From positions 15,860 to 79,859 of the forward strand of contig JAOASJ010000008.1 of assembly GCA_030158725.1 (NCBI GenBank): a stretch of DNA of 64,000 bases, given 5' to 3'. The stretch comes from Bacteroidia bacterium. Its GTDB lineage: Bacteria; Bacteroidota; Bacteroidia; NS11-12g; UBA955. This document shows, one piece after another, positions 1-9,875 of this stretch. Below the pieces are notes generated by a model that was given only the letters and a program-made list of their open reading frames with translations, did no database searches and was not told the DNA's origin. Position numbers and translations under genes: made by a program. Within the stretch, counting starts at the first letter, position 1. Each line of letters opens with the position of its first letter.

Positions 1-1064
1 CTTAGGTTGACTATAAAGTCAGCATCGCCCATAGAGTATGTTAGTTTTCTGTATTTCAAAAGATCTAGGGTTTTGCCCATGTCTTTACAAAACTCAGACA
101 AATCAAAGGCTTCTCCACCTTCTGACAGTCGGACTTTTTTAGCCAATAAACAAGCAGAATCAGGTCGTCCAGTTAAACTCAAATATTTTGCATTTAAAAT
201 CCACACATCTGGTTGATCAGGTGCATAGGCATTCAAGGTATCAAGATCAACTTGAACATCTGTTTGTTTTAAATCCAATTTATATTTAGATCTTAAAAAT
301 ATTGAGGTGTATTTATCGTTTCCTACAATTCTAGGAATAATGGCATCCAATTTTGAAATTGCCCCAATGGTATCACCCACTCCGTATAGGCAACGGGCAT
401 AAAACAAGTTTAGGTAAACACGGTTCAAAGTGTCTTTCCAATTTTTATTGTAACTGATATCAAAACAGTTGATAGCGTCTTGGTAATATCCTCCTGCCAT
501 GGCTACCATTCCTAAATTGGCGTATCCATCTGCATTTCTGCTGGCAATTTTTATACTTTTACGACACAAAACACGCTTAAGACTATCGCTTAAAAACATA
601 TAGTTTAAATGCGTAACAGCAAATTTTGCATACACTTCAGGTTCTGAAGGATAAAACTTATACATTTTATCTAAGTTCTTCCACATGTCCTCGTAGTTGT
701 TGTTAAACATTGCAATGTTAGCTCTCAACAAATGGGCATCTCTATTCTTAGGATCTAAAGCCAATATTTGCTTAATTACTTTTTCGCACTCAGCATCTTT
801 TGAATCTCTATAATAAGCATACGCTTGCTCAGTTAATTTGATCACCTGAGGATTTGGCTTCTTAGCAACCGGTGTACCTGGTTTTGCTGTTGTGGTAGTA
901 CCTGGTTTTTTAGTCGTAGTCGTTGCTGGTTTTTTCGTTGTAGTTGTAGCAGGTTTCTTAGTTGCAGTGCTGGTAGCAGGTTTTTTAGCTGCAGGTGCTT
1001 TAGGTTTTTGCTGTGAGAAAACAAGAAATGGCGTTAGCAATAATATTATGAGGAATTGTTTCAT
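1..1064 (-). CDS. Exported TPR-repeat protein with Lys/Pro/Thr-rich N-terminal linker (partial, runs off left edge)
   Basis: Not in ORF track, consistent with no stop codon inside the window. N-terminus translated by hand from ATG at 1064: MKQFLIILLLTPFLVFSQQKPKAPAAKKPAT...EQAYAYYRDSKDAECEKVIKQILALDPKNRDAHLLRANIAM. Shows a signal peptide and TPR-type LALDPKN motif. TATATTTG promoter upstream. Confidence 0.8.
   Translation of the reverse strand, partial: MKQFLIILLLTPFLVFSQQKPKAPAAKKPATSTATKKPATTTTKKPATTTTKKPGTTTTAKPGTPVAKKPNPQVIKLTEQAYAYYRDSKDAECEKVIKQILALDPKNRDAHLLRANIAMFNNNYEDMWKNLDKMYKFYPSEPEVYAKFAVTHLNYMFLSDSLKRVLCRKSIKIASRNADGYANLGMVAMAGGYYQDAINCFDISYNKNWKDTLNRVYLNLFYARCLYGVGDTIGAISKLDAIIPRIVGNDKYTSIFLRSKYKLDLKQTDVQVDLDTLNAYAPDQPDVWILNAKYLSLTGRPDSACLLAKKVRLSEGGEAFDLSEFCKDMGKTLDLLKYRKLTYSMGDADFIVNL
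873..986 (-). repeat. Imperfect ~24-nt coding tandem repeat (KKPATTTT-like, 4-5 units)
   Basis: Encodes KKPATSTAT-KKPATTTT-KKPATTTT-KKPGTTTT-AKPGT. Confidence 0.85.
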
Positions 1065-1250
1065 GAATGTTCGTAGAAGCTTAAAAGGTTTCAAATATAC
1101 GAGGATTTGCTTTAAATGGGAAGATGAAAATTCTTGTGTTTACACAAAATTCCCACCTAAATTACGAAGGCTGAAACGCAGCAAGCCTCCAATTTATTAC
1201 AAGCGAATTTCATATTCGACCAATTAAATAAAAACACGTTGTAATTCTCT

Positions 1251-1982
1251 TTAATATTTCTCTCCCAAAATATGTCTAACGGCGACACTGGCAACGGCGC
1301 ATCCAAATACAGCAGGCATATAACTTAGGGTCCCAATTAACGAACGTTTTGGATAAGCTTTTTCGGTGGTAATGATTTTAGATTTATCAGCTTTTTCAGA
1401 ACTAAAAACGCAGGTAATTCCTTTTTTGATGCCAAACTTCGACAAATATTTTCTGACATATCTTGCCAAGTTGCAATTATAGGTTTCTGAAATATCCAAT
1501 ATTTCCAATTTGCTTGGATCCATTTTACCTCCTGCACCCATGCTGCTTACAAATGGCAGTTTCAAATCAAGGCAAGTTTTAATAAAAAACACCTTGGGAG
1601 ATAAAGTATCTATGCATTCGCATACGAAGTCAAATGGTTTACTGCTCAACAATTCCCTAGTCCTATCACCTTTCAAATATTCTGGCAAAACGTGTAATTT
1701 TAATTCAGGATTAATATCCAATAAACGTTGGGCCATAACCTCTGCTTTTAATTGATGTTCGGTACTTTTAAGCGCTGGTATTTGTCTGTTCCTATTGCTA
1801 GGATCTATTGTATCTGCATCCACTATGGTCATTTCGCCTACGCCTGAACGTGCAATCATTTCTGCACATATCCCTCCTACTCCACCGAGACCCACAACCA
1901 AGACATGGGCGTTCATTAATTTAACGACCTTTTCATCGCCTAGCATCATTTGGGTTCGCCCCATCCAATACGGAATTTCCAT
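1251..1982 (-). CDS. tcdA: tRNA threonylcarbamoyladenosine dehydratase (ThiF/MoeB family)
   Basis: VVGLGGVGG, DADTIDPSNRNRQ, SSMGAGGKMDP motifs; start moved to MEIPYW. Confidence 0.85.
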   Translation of the reverse strand: MEIPYWMGRTQMMLGDEKVVKLMNAHVLVVGLGGVGGICAEMIARSGVGEMTIVDADTIDPSNRNRQIPALKSTEHQLKAEVMAQRLLDINPELKLHVLPEYLKGDRTRELLSSKPFDFVCECIDTLSPKVFFIKTCLDLKLPFVSSMGAGGKMDPSKLEILDISETYNCNLARYVRKYLSKFGIKKGITCVFSSEKADKSKIITTEKAYPKRSLIGTLSYMPAVFGCAVASVAVRHILGEKY

Positions 1983-2132
1983 GCCGCGAAAATAAGAATG
2001 TAAAATAATTTCGTAAAACACAAAACGCGTGATTTACACATATTTTATCCTCAGTGCGGATAATTTATTTTTTGCACCTGTATCATAATGATTCATTTAA
2101 TGCGTTTAAAGCTCTATTATTGTAATGAAATT

Positions 2133-4871
2133 ATGAAAAGATTCTATCTATTCTGCTTATTTGTAATTCTGTGTGCTGTTAATTCTCAAGCGCAATCATG
2201 GCTAAGATCGTTTAAAGGCCGTGTGGTTGATTCGAGTACTTTAAAACCTTTACCCGACGCAACCATTAGCGTTTTTAGTGCAAAAGACACCATGCTTTTG
2301 AACTTTGGTTTTACCACACCGAATGGAAATTTTACCATATCGACAAAGTCTAACGACTCTGTTCTGATTATAATTAGTATAATAGGTTATAATGAACGCA
2401 CCTTCAAAGAGCCAGCATTGGGAGACCAATGGATGTTTCAAGAATATGGAGACATTAAACTAAGTACCTTGCCTGTTTCCCTCAAAGGTTTCACCGTGCG
2501 CACTTCAGCAATTCGCATGAAAGGCGATACCATAGAAATCAATGCCAGCCGTTTTAAAGTTTTGCCAGGCAGCGATGTCGCACAATTGTTTAAAAAGATT
2601 CCTGGTTTTGAAGTCAGTGTAAAAGGCGAAGTGAAAGTAAATGGCACTGCTGTAAATAAAATCATGGTGGATGGCTCGGACTTTTTCGGGAACAATCCGG
2701 GTATGGTTTCAAAAAACCTAAGTGCCGACATGATAGAGACAGTGCAAGTTTTTGAAGAGAAAAACGAAGATGGTTCACCTAAAGAGGAAGCCTCTAAAAT
2801 TATCAACCTCAAACTCAAAAAAGGCAAGCGCAATGGGACGTTTGGCGATTTCCTTGGAGGTTATGGAACAACAAACCGCTATGAAAGTGGCATTCGTTTA
2901 AATAATTTCAAAAACGACCGCAAGGTTTCATTTATCATTAACAGCAATAACATCAATGAAACAGGATTTGATTTTGGTTTTGAAAATTGGCATCAGACTT
3001 TAAACGCTGAACGCAATGGAGGAGGTAATGATGATGACTTTTACTGGTACTCGGGCAACACCAATGAAGGTAATATCAACAATAAGACCAGCATGGGATT
3101 GACCTATTTCAATGAATTTAAAAGACGTAGAAAACTATCTGTCAATTGGTTTGTCAACCGCAACGACTACAGCAGCATATCTGCATCAAATGGCATAAGT
3201 GCGCTGAATGACAGCACCCAAAGGTTTAATAAAGACTCAAGCAATACAAAAGGTTTGGTTTTGGGTAGTAAATTGGAAATTAATTTTTCAAAAGAAATTG
3301 ACAGTACAGGAGAATATGATTTTGGCGTTTCTGGCTATTTATCCCAAAACAAAAATACCATCAATGGTATAAACGAAATAAAGCTTAACAATACATTATT
3401 AAACAAAGGTGTTACTACAGTTCAGAACCAAAACAATTCAGCCAATTTCGAGGTCAATGCAAGCTACAGGCGCTATTTGCGAAAAGACAAACGCTATACT
3501 TTTTTTGTTGCTGGGAATTACAAATTAGCAGACAATAAAAACCAGTATTTTCAATTTTTACAAAACGAAAGCGATACCTTTAACAACCACAACCAAAGAA
3601 ATGTACTAAGTCAAGAGTGGTTAACAAAATTGTACATGGCTATGCCTTTGGCTAAAACAATCAATTTGAATGTTTCAGCCGATCGTTGGCAAATAAGCAA
3701 TAACAGTGAGCAAAGAACCATTGCTGCGCTCAATCAACAATCCAACAATTTCGAACAGATATACAGCAAAAAGATTGACACTTTAAGTGTACTTTTCAAA
3801 AACACCCAAGTCCAAAGCAGTGTAAAAACATTTTTATCCATGCGCAAAAAATATTTTTACAACCAAGCAGGTGTGACCTTTTTGAATTTCAACCTGCAAA
3901 ACACCAATGATGCAGGACAAATTTTACTAAACAAAACCTATCCTAAGTTTTTACCTTTTTATAGCTTGAGTTATTACCCAGGCAAATCGTATATTTCCTT
4001 TAATGCCTCGAAAACCAGCGTCTTTCCAAGTATTACCGATTTGCTTCCTGTATTAAACATTTCAAACAACTACAACCGAAGCATAGGAAATCCTAATTTA
4101 AGTCCAACCGACAATTATTCAGCAAGAACCTATGCCAGTTTTTATAAGTTGAAAGGATTTAAATATTTTTATTTGGGTGGCTCTGGGACTATTTCCAATA
4201 CAGCAAAAATTTGGGTCAGCAGACAAACGGAAGATGGAATTATCGTACGTTCACCTGAAAATGCGCGAGATTACAGAATGGTAAATGCGTGGTTGAATGC
4301 CTCACGAAAGTTGAGCAAAGTTATGAATCTCCAATTTGGTATATCTAATAACTACAGCCACAATCCAATGGTCATTAACGACCAAAAAGCATTTGGAAAC
4401 AACAGCTCGTTCTCTATTAGCCCTGGAATTAATTTTAGCAAAGCAGATAGCTTAGACTTAACCTTTGGCATGGAATGGAATTACAACACCTATACCAATA
4501 CCTTAAATGAGCGTTCAAATTACAAACAGAATATATTTTCGTATAACTTCGATATGCGAACCATTTTGAAATTTGGAACAGAAATCAATACCAGTTTAAA
4601 TATCAGCGACCAAAGAAATGTCCCAGGTATAGGAAAAGTGGTTCCTGTTTGGAATGCCTATATACAACAGCCATTGGGAAAGAAAAACAAATACTATTTA
4701 AAGTTAACAGCATATGATATTTTAAAACAGAACACGAATATTAGCCGTACAGCAATGGACAACTTTGTTTATATATCTCAAAGCAATAGATTGCAGCAAT
4801 ATTTCATGTTAACTTTGGTATACAAAATCAAAAAGATGGGTGGTGAAGAAGCCATGGATTATGTGTATTAA
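2133..4871 (+). CDS. Outer-membrane beta-barrel protein with N-terminal carboxypeptidase-regulatory-like domain and plug (TonB-receptor-like)
   Basis: Signal peptide, GRVVDSST..PLPDATI, KGDTIE..A..F, LFKKIPGFEV, terminal YFMLTLVYKI strand; start moved to MKRFYLF. Confidence 0.75.
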   Translation: MKRFYLFCLFVILCAVNSQAQSWLRSFKGRVVDSSTLKPLPDATISVFSAKDTMLLNFGFTTPNGNFTISTKSNDSVLIIISIIGYNERTFKEPALGDQWMFQEYGDIKLSTLPVSLKGFTVRTSAIRMKGDTIEINASRFKVLPGSDVAQLFKKIPGFEVSVKGEVKVNGTAVNKIMVDGSDFFGNNPGMVSKNLSADMIETVQVFEEKNEDGSPKEEASKIINLKLKKGKRNGTFGDFLGGYGTTNRYESGIRLNNFKNDRKVSFIINSNNINETGFDFGFENWHQTLNAERNGGGNDDDFYWYSGNTNEGNINNKTSMGLTYFNEFKRRRKLSVNWFVNRNDYSSISASNGISALNDSTQRFNKDSSNTKGLVLGSKLEINFSKEIDSTGEYDFGVSGYLSQNKNTINGINEIKLNNTLLNKGVTTVQNQNNSANFEVNASYRRYLRKDKRYTFFVAGNYKLADNKNQYFQFLQNESDTFNNHNQRNVLSQEWLTKLYMAMPLAKTINLNVSADRWQISNNSEQRTIAALNQQSNNFEQIYSKKIDTLSVLFKNTQVQSSVKTFLSMRKKYFYNQAGVTFLNFNLQNTNDAGQILLNKTYPKFLPFYSLSYYPGKSYISFNASKTSVFPSITDLLPVLNISNNYNRSIGNPNLSPTDNYSARTYASFYKLKGFKYFYLGGSGTISNTAKIWVSRQTEDGIIVRSPENARDYRMVNAWLNASRKLSKVMNLQFGISNNYSHNPMVINDQKAFGNNSSFSISPGINFSKADSLDLTFGMEWNYNTYTNTLNERSNYKQNIFSYNFDMRTILKFGTEINTSLNISDQRNVPGIGKVVPVWNAYIQQPLGKKNKYYLKLTAYDILKQNTNISRTAMDNFVYISQSNRLQQYFMLTLVYKIKKMGGEEAMDYVY

Positions 4872-4999
4872 GGATAGGTGTTTTTAAATTAACACCCAGA
4901 AAACGACGCCCTAGCTATACTTATTGAGTATTATTAATTTTCAATACATTTTAAACTGGTACAATTTCTTTACATAAGACTTTAAATTATGATAAATAA

Positions 5000-5044
5000 T
5001 TAAAGCCGAATTAATATAGGCTTAATATCGGTGGAGCAGTTTTG
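5000..5044 (+). promoter_or_regulatory. 11-bp-phased direct repeats (PHO-box/OmpR-type) plus degenerate -7 element
   Basis: TTAAAGC(5000), TTAATAT(5011), TTAATAT(5022), then CAGTTTTG(5037-5044). Confidence 0.6.
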
Positions 5045-5069
5045 CATCATCAAATTAATCAAAAAGAAT

Positions 5070-6509
5070 ATGAATTTAAATCTTTTAAAAATGAGTGCTT
5101 TAGCAATGCTTGCTATCACTGCATTTAGCTCTTGCAAAGACGAAGTAATTGATCCGGTAATTGAACCATCAAACAATGTTGAATTATCAGGAACTTTATC
5201 TACACAAACTTTAGACGCATCAAAAAAATACCTAATTAAAGGTATAGTTACCGTTCCAGATGGTGTAATTTTAACTATCCCTGCTGGTACAGTTTTGACA
5301 GGTCAAAAAGCATCAAAAGGTACACTATTGGTTAAGCCAGGAGGAAAATTAGTAGCTGAAGGTACTGCTGCAAAACCAATCGTTTTTACAAGTAACCAAG
5401 CTGTAGGCGAAAGAGAACAAGGTGACTGGGGTGGTGTTGTATTGTTAGGTAAAGCAAACGTTAACCAAAACAATCCAGCTATCGAAGGTATATCTCCAGC
5501 TGCTACATACGGAACTTTCAACAGCACTGCATATAACACTGACAACTCAGGTATCTTGAAATATGTACGTATTGAATACGCAGGTATCGCTTTAACGCCA
5601 AACAACGAAACCAATGCATTAACAATGGGTGCAATCGGTAGCGGAACAACAATCGACTACGTGCAAGTTACCTATGGTGGTGACGACGGATTCGAATGGT
5701 TCGGTGGTGTTGTTAATTGCTCACACTTAGTATCTCTTGCATCTTGGGATGATGATTTCGATGCAGATTTCGGTTTCAGTGGTAATGTACAATTCGCTGT
5801 ATCAGTTCGTGACCCTTTCAATGCTGACCAATCTGGTTCTAACGGTTTTGAAGTTGACAACGATGCTTCTGGTTCAACTGCAACACCAAAAACTGCTGCT
5901 GTTTTCTCTAACATCACAGTATTAGGTCCAGTTTTTGACTCAACAAAATCTTTGAGCGCCAACTACCAACATGCAATGCACTTGAGAAGAAACTGTGAGG
6001 TTTCAATTTTCAACTCTGTATTTGCTGGTTTCCCAGTTGGATTAAACATCGACGGTTCTGCTGCAGTAACTAACTTCACAACCGGTTTAGGTGTATTGGA
6101 TAAAAACATTTTAGTATCAACAGGTGCTAACAAAAAGAACCCTAACCCATTCGTGAGTGGTTCAACTGCTAGTGCTCCTGTAGCTACTTACTGGAATACA
6201 ACCAAATCAAATGCTGTATTCACTCAAACAGCTCCAATGGCTGGTACTATCCCTGCTTCTAAAGCATTAGGTGATGCTGGTATCCCTGCTGATTTGTTCA
6301 TGAACTATAACACAGTTGCTGGTGTAGCTGGAACTTACCCTAAAGATCCAAACTTCGCTACCTTCACTGGTTTAACTCAATCAGGTGCTGCTTTCTCTGA
6401 TGCTAAATTGGCTTCAGGTTTCACAGCAACTACACACAAAGGTGCTTTCGGTAGCACAGATTGGACTGACATGTGGAGTAACTTTAACCCACAAAACACA
6501 GCTTACTAA
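5070..6509 (+). CDS. Surface lipoprotein, beta-helix-type family commonly associated with TonB-dependent receptors
   Basis: Lipobox AFSSC followed by KDE; GDWGGVVLLG, GILKYVRIEYAG, DDGFEWFGG, DDDFDADFG motifs. Confidence 0.75.
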   Translation: MNLNLLKMSALAMLAITAFSSCKDEVIDPVIEPSNNVELSGTLSTQTLDASKKYLIKGIVTVPDGVILTIPAGTVLTGQKASKGTLLVKPGGKLVAEGTAAKPIVFTSNQAVGEREQGDWGGVVLLGKANVNQNNPAIEGISPAATYGTFNSTAYNTDNSGILKYVRIEYAGIALTPNNETNALTMGAIGSGTTIDYVQVTYGGDDGFEWFGGVVNCSHLVSLASWDDDFDADFGFSGNVQFAVSVRDPFNADQSGSNGFEVDNDASGSTATPKTAAVFSNITVLGPVFDSTKSLSANYQHAMHLRRNCEVSIFNSVFAGFPVGLNIDGSAAVTNFTTGLGVLDKNILVSTGANKKNPNPFVSGSTASAPVATYWNTTKSNAVFTQTAPMAGTIPASKALGDAGIPADLFMNYNTVAGVAGTYPKDPNFATFTGLTQSGAAFSDAKLASGFTATTHKGAFGSTDWTDMWSNFNPQNTAY

Positions 6510-6540
6510 TCATTCATAGTATTATTTTTTTATAACATTG

Positions 6541-6573
6541 AACCCTGCAGATTTCTGCAGGGTTTCTTTTTTT
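6541..6573 (+). terminator. Rho-independent terminator
   Basis: AACCCTGCAG-attt-CTGCAGGGTT followed by T-tract. Confidence 0.85.
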
Positions 6574-6623
6574 ATATGAATTCCAAAAACTTTATTTAAG
6601 TTTGTCTTTTCGTCAATCAAATT

Positions 6624-7895
6624 ATGAGCAATAGAAGAGATTTTATTAAAAACAGTTTACTGTTCGCTGGCGCTATAGGATTAGGAAGTAAAAGTTTAAC
6701 CGCCGCTCCCCCATTGCCCAATGACGCAACGGTTGACGAAAACTATTGGAAATTGGTAAGAGCGCAATTTCCCTTAAGCCATTCAAAAATTTTCCTAAAC
6801 AATGGCACCATGGGTCCTTCACCCTATTCTGTGCTCAACGAAGTACAACAAGAAATGTTGGAAATAGACAGCAGTGGCCGTTACGGTGGCTATGAAGACA
6901 CTGCCATCAAATCGCTGGCCTTATTCTTAAACACCAAAGATTCTGAAATCAGTTTGACCCGCAATGTAACAGAAGGCATTAATGTGGTGTGTTGGGGGCT
7001 AAACTTAAAAGCGGGCGACGAAGTCATTATGACTGGGCACGAGCATGTTGGACATGCCGCACCATGGCTCAACAGAGCTAAGCTACATGGCATATCGATA
7101 AAAATTTTAACCCTAGGAAAAACTGCGTCTGAGACTATTGAGAACTTAAATAAAGTCATAAGCAAGAAAACAAAAGTCATCAGTGTTCCACATATTCCTT
7201 GCACGATTGGTTATGTTTTGCCTGTGAAAGAAATTTGCAAAATAGCCAGAGAAAAAAACATCATTAGTTTTCTAGATGGCGCCCACCCTCCTGGCATGTT
7301 GCAATTGGATTTAAAAGACATCAACTGCGATTTGTATGCTGGCTGTTGTCACAAATGGATGCTTGGGCCTAAAGGCACTGGCTTTTTATATGTATCTGAA
7401 AACATGCGCAATCAGGTTCAGGCGTATTACGGCGGGGGTGGATTTGACACTGGCTGGGATATGTTGAGCAACCCACCAAGTTTGAAAGGCTATGCAGACA
7501 ATGGACACCGCTATTATTACGGCACACAAAACCCTGCCCTATTAAAAGGCATATCAAAAGCCATCGAGTTTCAGAATCAGATTGGACGCGACCGAATAGA
7601 AGCAAGGGTTAAATCGTTGGCCAATTATTTACAAGACCATTTGATTAATTTGAGTACGGATGTAGAAATGTTAACACCAACCGAGAGCATTTCAAAAGCC
7701 GCCCAGGTTTCATTTAAAATCAAAGACAGAGAAATGCAAAAACTGCAAACGCAATGTGGTGAGAAAAAAATCATCACACGTTATGTGGCAGAGAACAACA
7801 TCAATTGCCTGCGCGTATCAACACATATTTACAACAGCTTTGAAGAAATCGATTTGTTTCTGAAAGAAGTTGATACATTTTTATCATTAAAATGA
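6624..7895 (+). CDS. Tat-exported PLP-dependent aminotransferase class V (isopenicillin N epimerase/C-S lyase-like)
   Basis: MSNRRDFIK Tat motif; FLNNGTMG, DGAH, HKWMLGP (PLP lysine), LRVSTHIYN. Confidence 0.8.
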   Translation: MSNRRDFIKNSLLFAGAIGLGSKSLTAAPPLPNDATVDENYWKLVRAQFPLSHSKIFLNNGTMGPSPYSVLNEVQQEMLEIDSSGRYGGYEDTAIKSLALFLNTKDSEISLTRNVTEGINVVCWGLNLKAGDEVIMTGHEHVGHAAPWLNRAKLHGISIKILTLGKTASETIENLNKVISKKTKVISVPHIPCTIGYVLPVKEICKIAREKNIISFLDGAHPPGMLQLDLKDINCDLYAGCCHKWMLGPKGTGFLYVSENMRNQVQAYYGGGGFDTGWDMLSNPPSLKGYADNGHRYYYGTQNPALLKGISKAIEFQNQIGRDRIEARVKSLANYLQDHLINLSTDVEMLTPTESISKAAQVSFKIKDREMQKLQTQCGEKKIITRYVAENNINCLRVSTHIYNSFEEIDLFLKEVDTFLSLK

Positions 7896-8875
7896 GTTTA
7901 GAAGAGGCTAGTGATTTCTTGAGTGCCTGGGACAGAGGAGATACTGAATTTAAGATTCAAAGTTCCGGCAGTACTGGCGAACCGAAAACCATTTTATTGG
8001 AGAGAAAATGGATGGAATGGAGTGCAATGCAAACTGCAAAGTACATGCATCCAAAGGATAACGAAACACTATACTGTTGCTTGCCTCTTAACAAAGTTGG
8101 TGGTTTGATGGTTCTAGTGCGCGCCAAGGTTTGGGGAATTAACCTAATCGTTAAAGCAGCCCAAGGCAATCCCTTAAAAGAATATGTTGATGCAGACATC
8201 ATCTCTGTAACACCATTTCAAATGCAAAACATTTTAGCAGATCTTGACAGCCGAGAGAATTTAAAGCGTTTCAGAGAAGTGTTAATAGGAGGCGCTGAAA
8301 TTTCAGAAGGATTAGAAAAAGAACTAGAAGCGCTTAATCCCAAGTGTCAAATTAGGCAGAGTTACGGCATGAGTGAAACCTATTCACATGTTGCAATTCG
8401 GAATATCAATGGAGAGCATAAAAGCAAATGGTTTACCCCACTTGAAGGCGTTCAAATAAAACTTGACCCGGATGGCTCTGCCATAATATTTACGCCTTAT
8501 TATATGGATGGTTTGGCAACAAATGATTTAATAGAACTTGATGGATTGGGTAAATTTCAGGTATTGGGAAGAAAAGATTTTGTGGTGAATTCTGGTGGGG
8601 TTAAACTACAAATTGAGCAAATAGAAAAAGCCATACACGAGAAATATCCAAAGAACTTGAAATTTGCAATTAGTTCAATCAGGGATGAAAGATTAGGTGA
8701 AAAGCTGGTATTGGTATGCGAAAAAAAAGCTCAAATCGAAAATTACGATCTGAGCTTTTTAAAAGAGATTAACTTATTTGCTGTGCCTAAAGAAATTATC
8801 GAGATAAATTCTATTCCTTACAATGAAGGAGGAAAAATAGACAGAATGCTTATTAAGCGTTTAATTAATAATTAA
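7892..8875 (+). CDS. menE: O-succinylbenzoate-CoA ligase-like AMP-binding enzyme (short Bacteroidota form)
   Basis: SSGSTGEPK, YGMSET, GRKDFVVNSGGVK, GKIDR motifs; ATGA overlap with upstream gene. Confidence 0.7.
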   Translation: MSLEEASDFLSAWDRGDTEFKIQSSGSTGEPKTILLERKWMEWSAMQTAKYMHPKDNETLYCCLPLNKVGGLMVLVRAKVWGINLIVKAAQGNPLKEYVDADIISVTPFQMQNILADLDSRENLKRFREVLIGGAEISEGLEKELEALNPKCQIRQSYGMSETYSHVAIRNINGEHKSKWFTPLEGVQIKLDPDGSAIIFTPYYMDGLATNDLIELDGLGKFQVLGRKDFVVNSGGVKLQIEQIEKAIHEKYPKNLKFAISSIRDERLGEKLVLVCEKKAQIENYDLSFLKEINLFAVPKEIIEINSIPYNEGGKIDRMLIKRLINN

Positions 8876-9335
8876 CAGACTCAATTAATTTACCATTCTC
8901 ATCAAATGATTTCCAGTTACCAACACGCACTCCGTTGTGGTAATGCATTTCAGAGCGCAATACGCCTTGAGCATCCCAAACTTTCCAAGTACCATGTTTC
9001 AAATCATTTTTGTAAAATGCAACTGATTCTAGAATACCTTTATCGTTGTATGAGCGCCACTCACCAACTTTAAGACCATCGTTAAAAGCACCAACTTCTT
9101 TGGTTGTACCGTTGATGTTGTAAACGATCATTTGACCATCTTTAATTCCATCAGAAACTTCATAAAAAGATTCTCTTTGACCTGTAGCGTAGAAAAATTC
9201 AAGGCTTCCAGTCAAGACCTCTCCTGCTGAATTAACATATTTACCTTGCGTATTTAATTGAACATCTGAATTTTGAGCAGTCAAACTAGCTACAAAAAAC
9301 AAAGAAAGGGCGGCGGTTATTAATGTTTTTTTCAT
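8865..9335 (-). CDS. Exported MORN-variant repeat protein (YwqK-like)
   Basis: Signal peptide; repeated GxWxxYxxxG units (GEWRSYNDKG, GTWKVWDAQG, GNWKSFDENG). Confidence 0.75.
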   Translation of the reverse strand: MKKTLITAALSLFFVASLTAQNSDVQLNTQGKYVNSAGEVLTGSLEFFYATGQRESFYEVSDGIKDGQMIVYNINGTTKEVGAFNDGLKVGEWRSYNDKGILESVAFYKNDLKHGTWKVWDAQGVLRSEMHYHNGVRVGNWKSFDENGKLIESVNY

Positions 9336-9373
9336 GGCGACTTAACAATTTAATAACAAAGATACTAAAAAAA

Positions 9374-9667
9374 TTATCGAGTTTCCAAGATAATTTTAGA
9401 ATTTATTTCGTAAGTCTTGATTAAAGTAGACTTATAAGAGATGCAATCGATCTTAACAGATTGACATTGTTTGAAGATTGGCATTGGAATATAACATTCT
9501 CCTCTGCTGTTGGTATAATAAACTTTTCCAGTTCCTATTAGCTCAACTTTAGCCCCTGCAACCAATTCATTATTTTTATCTGAAACTTGTATTAGTTGAA
9601 CTGCAGATTGGTCGTATGCAAAAAGATTTGCACTCACCAAAAGAATTAACATTAATACCGCTTTCAT
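9374..9667 (-). CDS. Small exported carboxypeptidase-regulatory-like domain protein
   Basis: Signal peptide MKAVLMLILL; V.D..NE.VAGA.V, YTNSRGE, ISYK pattern. Confidence 0.65.
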   Translation of the reverse strand: MKAVLMLILLVSANLFAYDQSAVQLIQVSDKNNELVAGAKVELIGTGKVYYTNSRGECYIPMPIFKQCQSVKIDCISYKSTLIKTYEINSKIILETR

Positions 9668-9673
9668 TGGATA

Positions 9674-9729
9674 CAAAATACCTCAATGCTTATTAAGATA
9701 AACCGTGTCCAATATTATCTTATTGTTAA
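9674..9729 (-). promoter_or_regulatory. 11-bp-phased direct repeats plus degenerate -7 element
   Basis: Minus strand: TTAACAA(9729), ATAATAT(9718), TTAATAA(9696), GTATTTTG ending at 9674. Confidence 0.5.
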
Positions 9730-9826
9730 TTATTGGCGGCCGGGAAAAACAATGCTAAATTGTGTCATACAGCATTGCTGCTATTGGGCTAAACAAAAAT
9801 AAAGAAACAGTAAAGTGGGGTAAAAA

Positions 9827-9871
9827 TTCATTTTAGATTAAGATAAAATTAATATTGCATGTCGTGTTTTG
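9827..9871 (+). promoter_or_regulatory. 11-bp-phased direct repeats plus degenerate -7 element
   Basis: TTCATTT(9827), TTAAGAT(9838), TTAATAT(9849), GTGTTTTG(9864-9871). Confidence 0.6.
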
Positions 9872-9875
9872 TAGC

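Noticed and set aside
1117-1196. Hammerhead ribozyme or c-di-GMP riboswitch
   Set aside because: No CUGAUGA core or complete GEMM architecture; lies upstream of the TPR promoter rather than in a 5' UTR
7-1227. Short ORFs 7..216+, 842..1024- and 892..1227+
   Set aside because: Shadows of the minus-strand TPR gene and its repeat; the hydrophobic repeat in 892..1227 is just the antisense of KKPATTTT
8865-9335. Toxin-antitoxin interpretation of the YwqK-like protein
   Set aside because: Has a signal peptide and no neighbouring toxin; MORN-variant repeats alone do not imply antitoxin function
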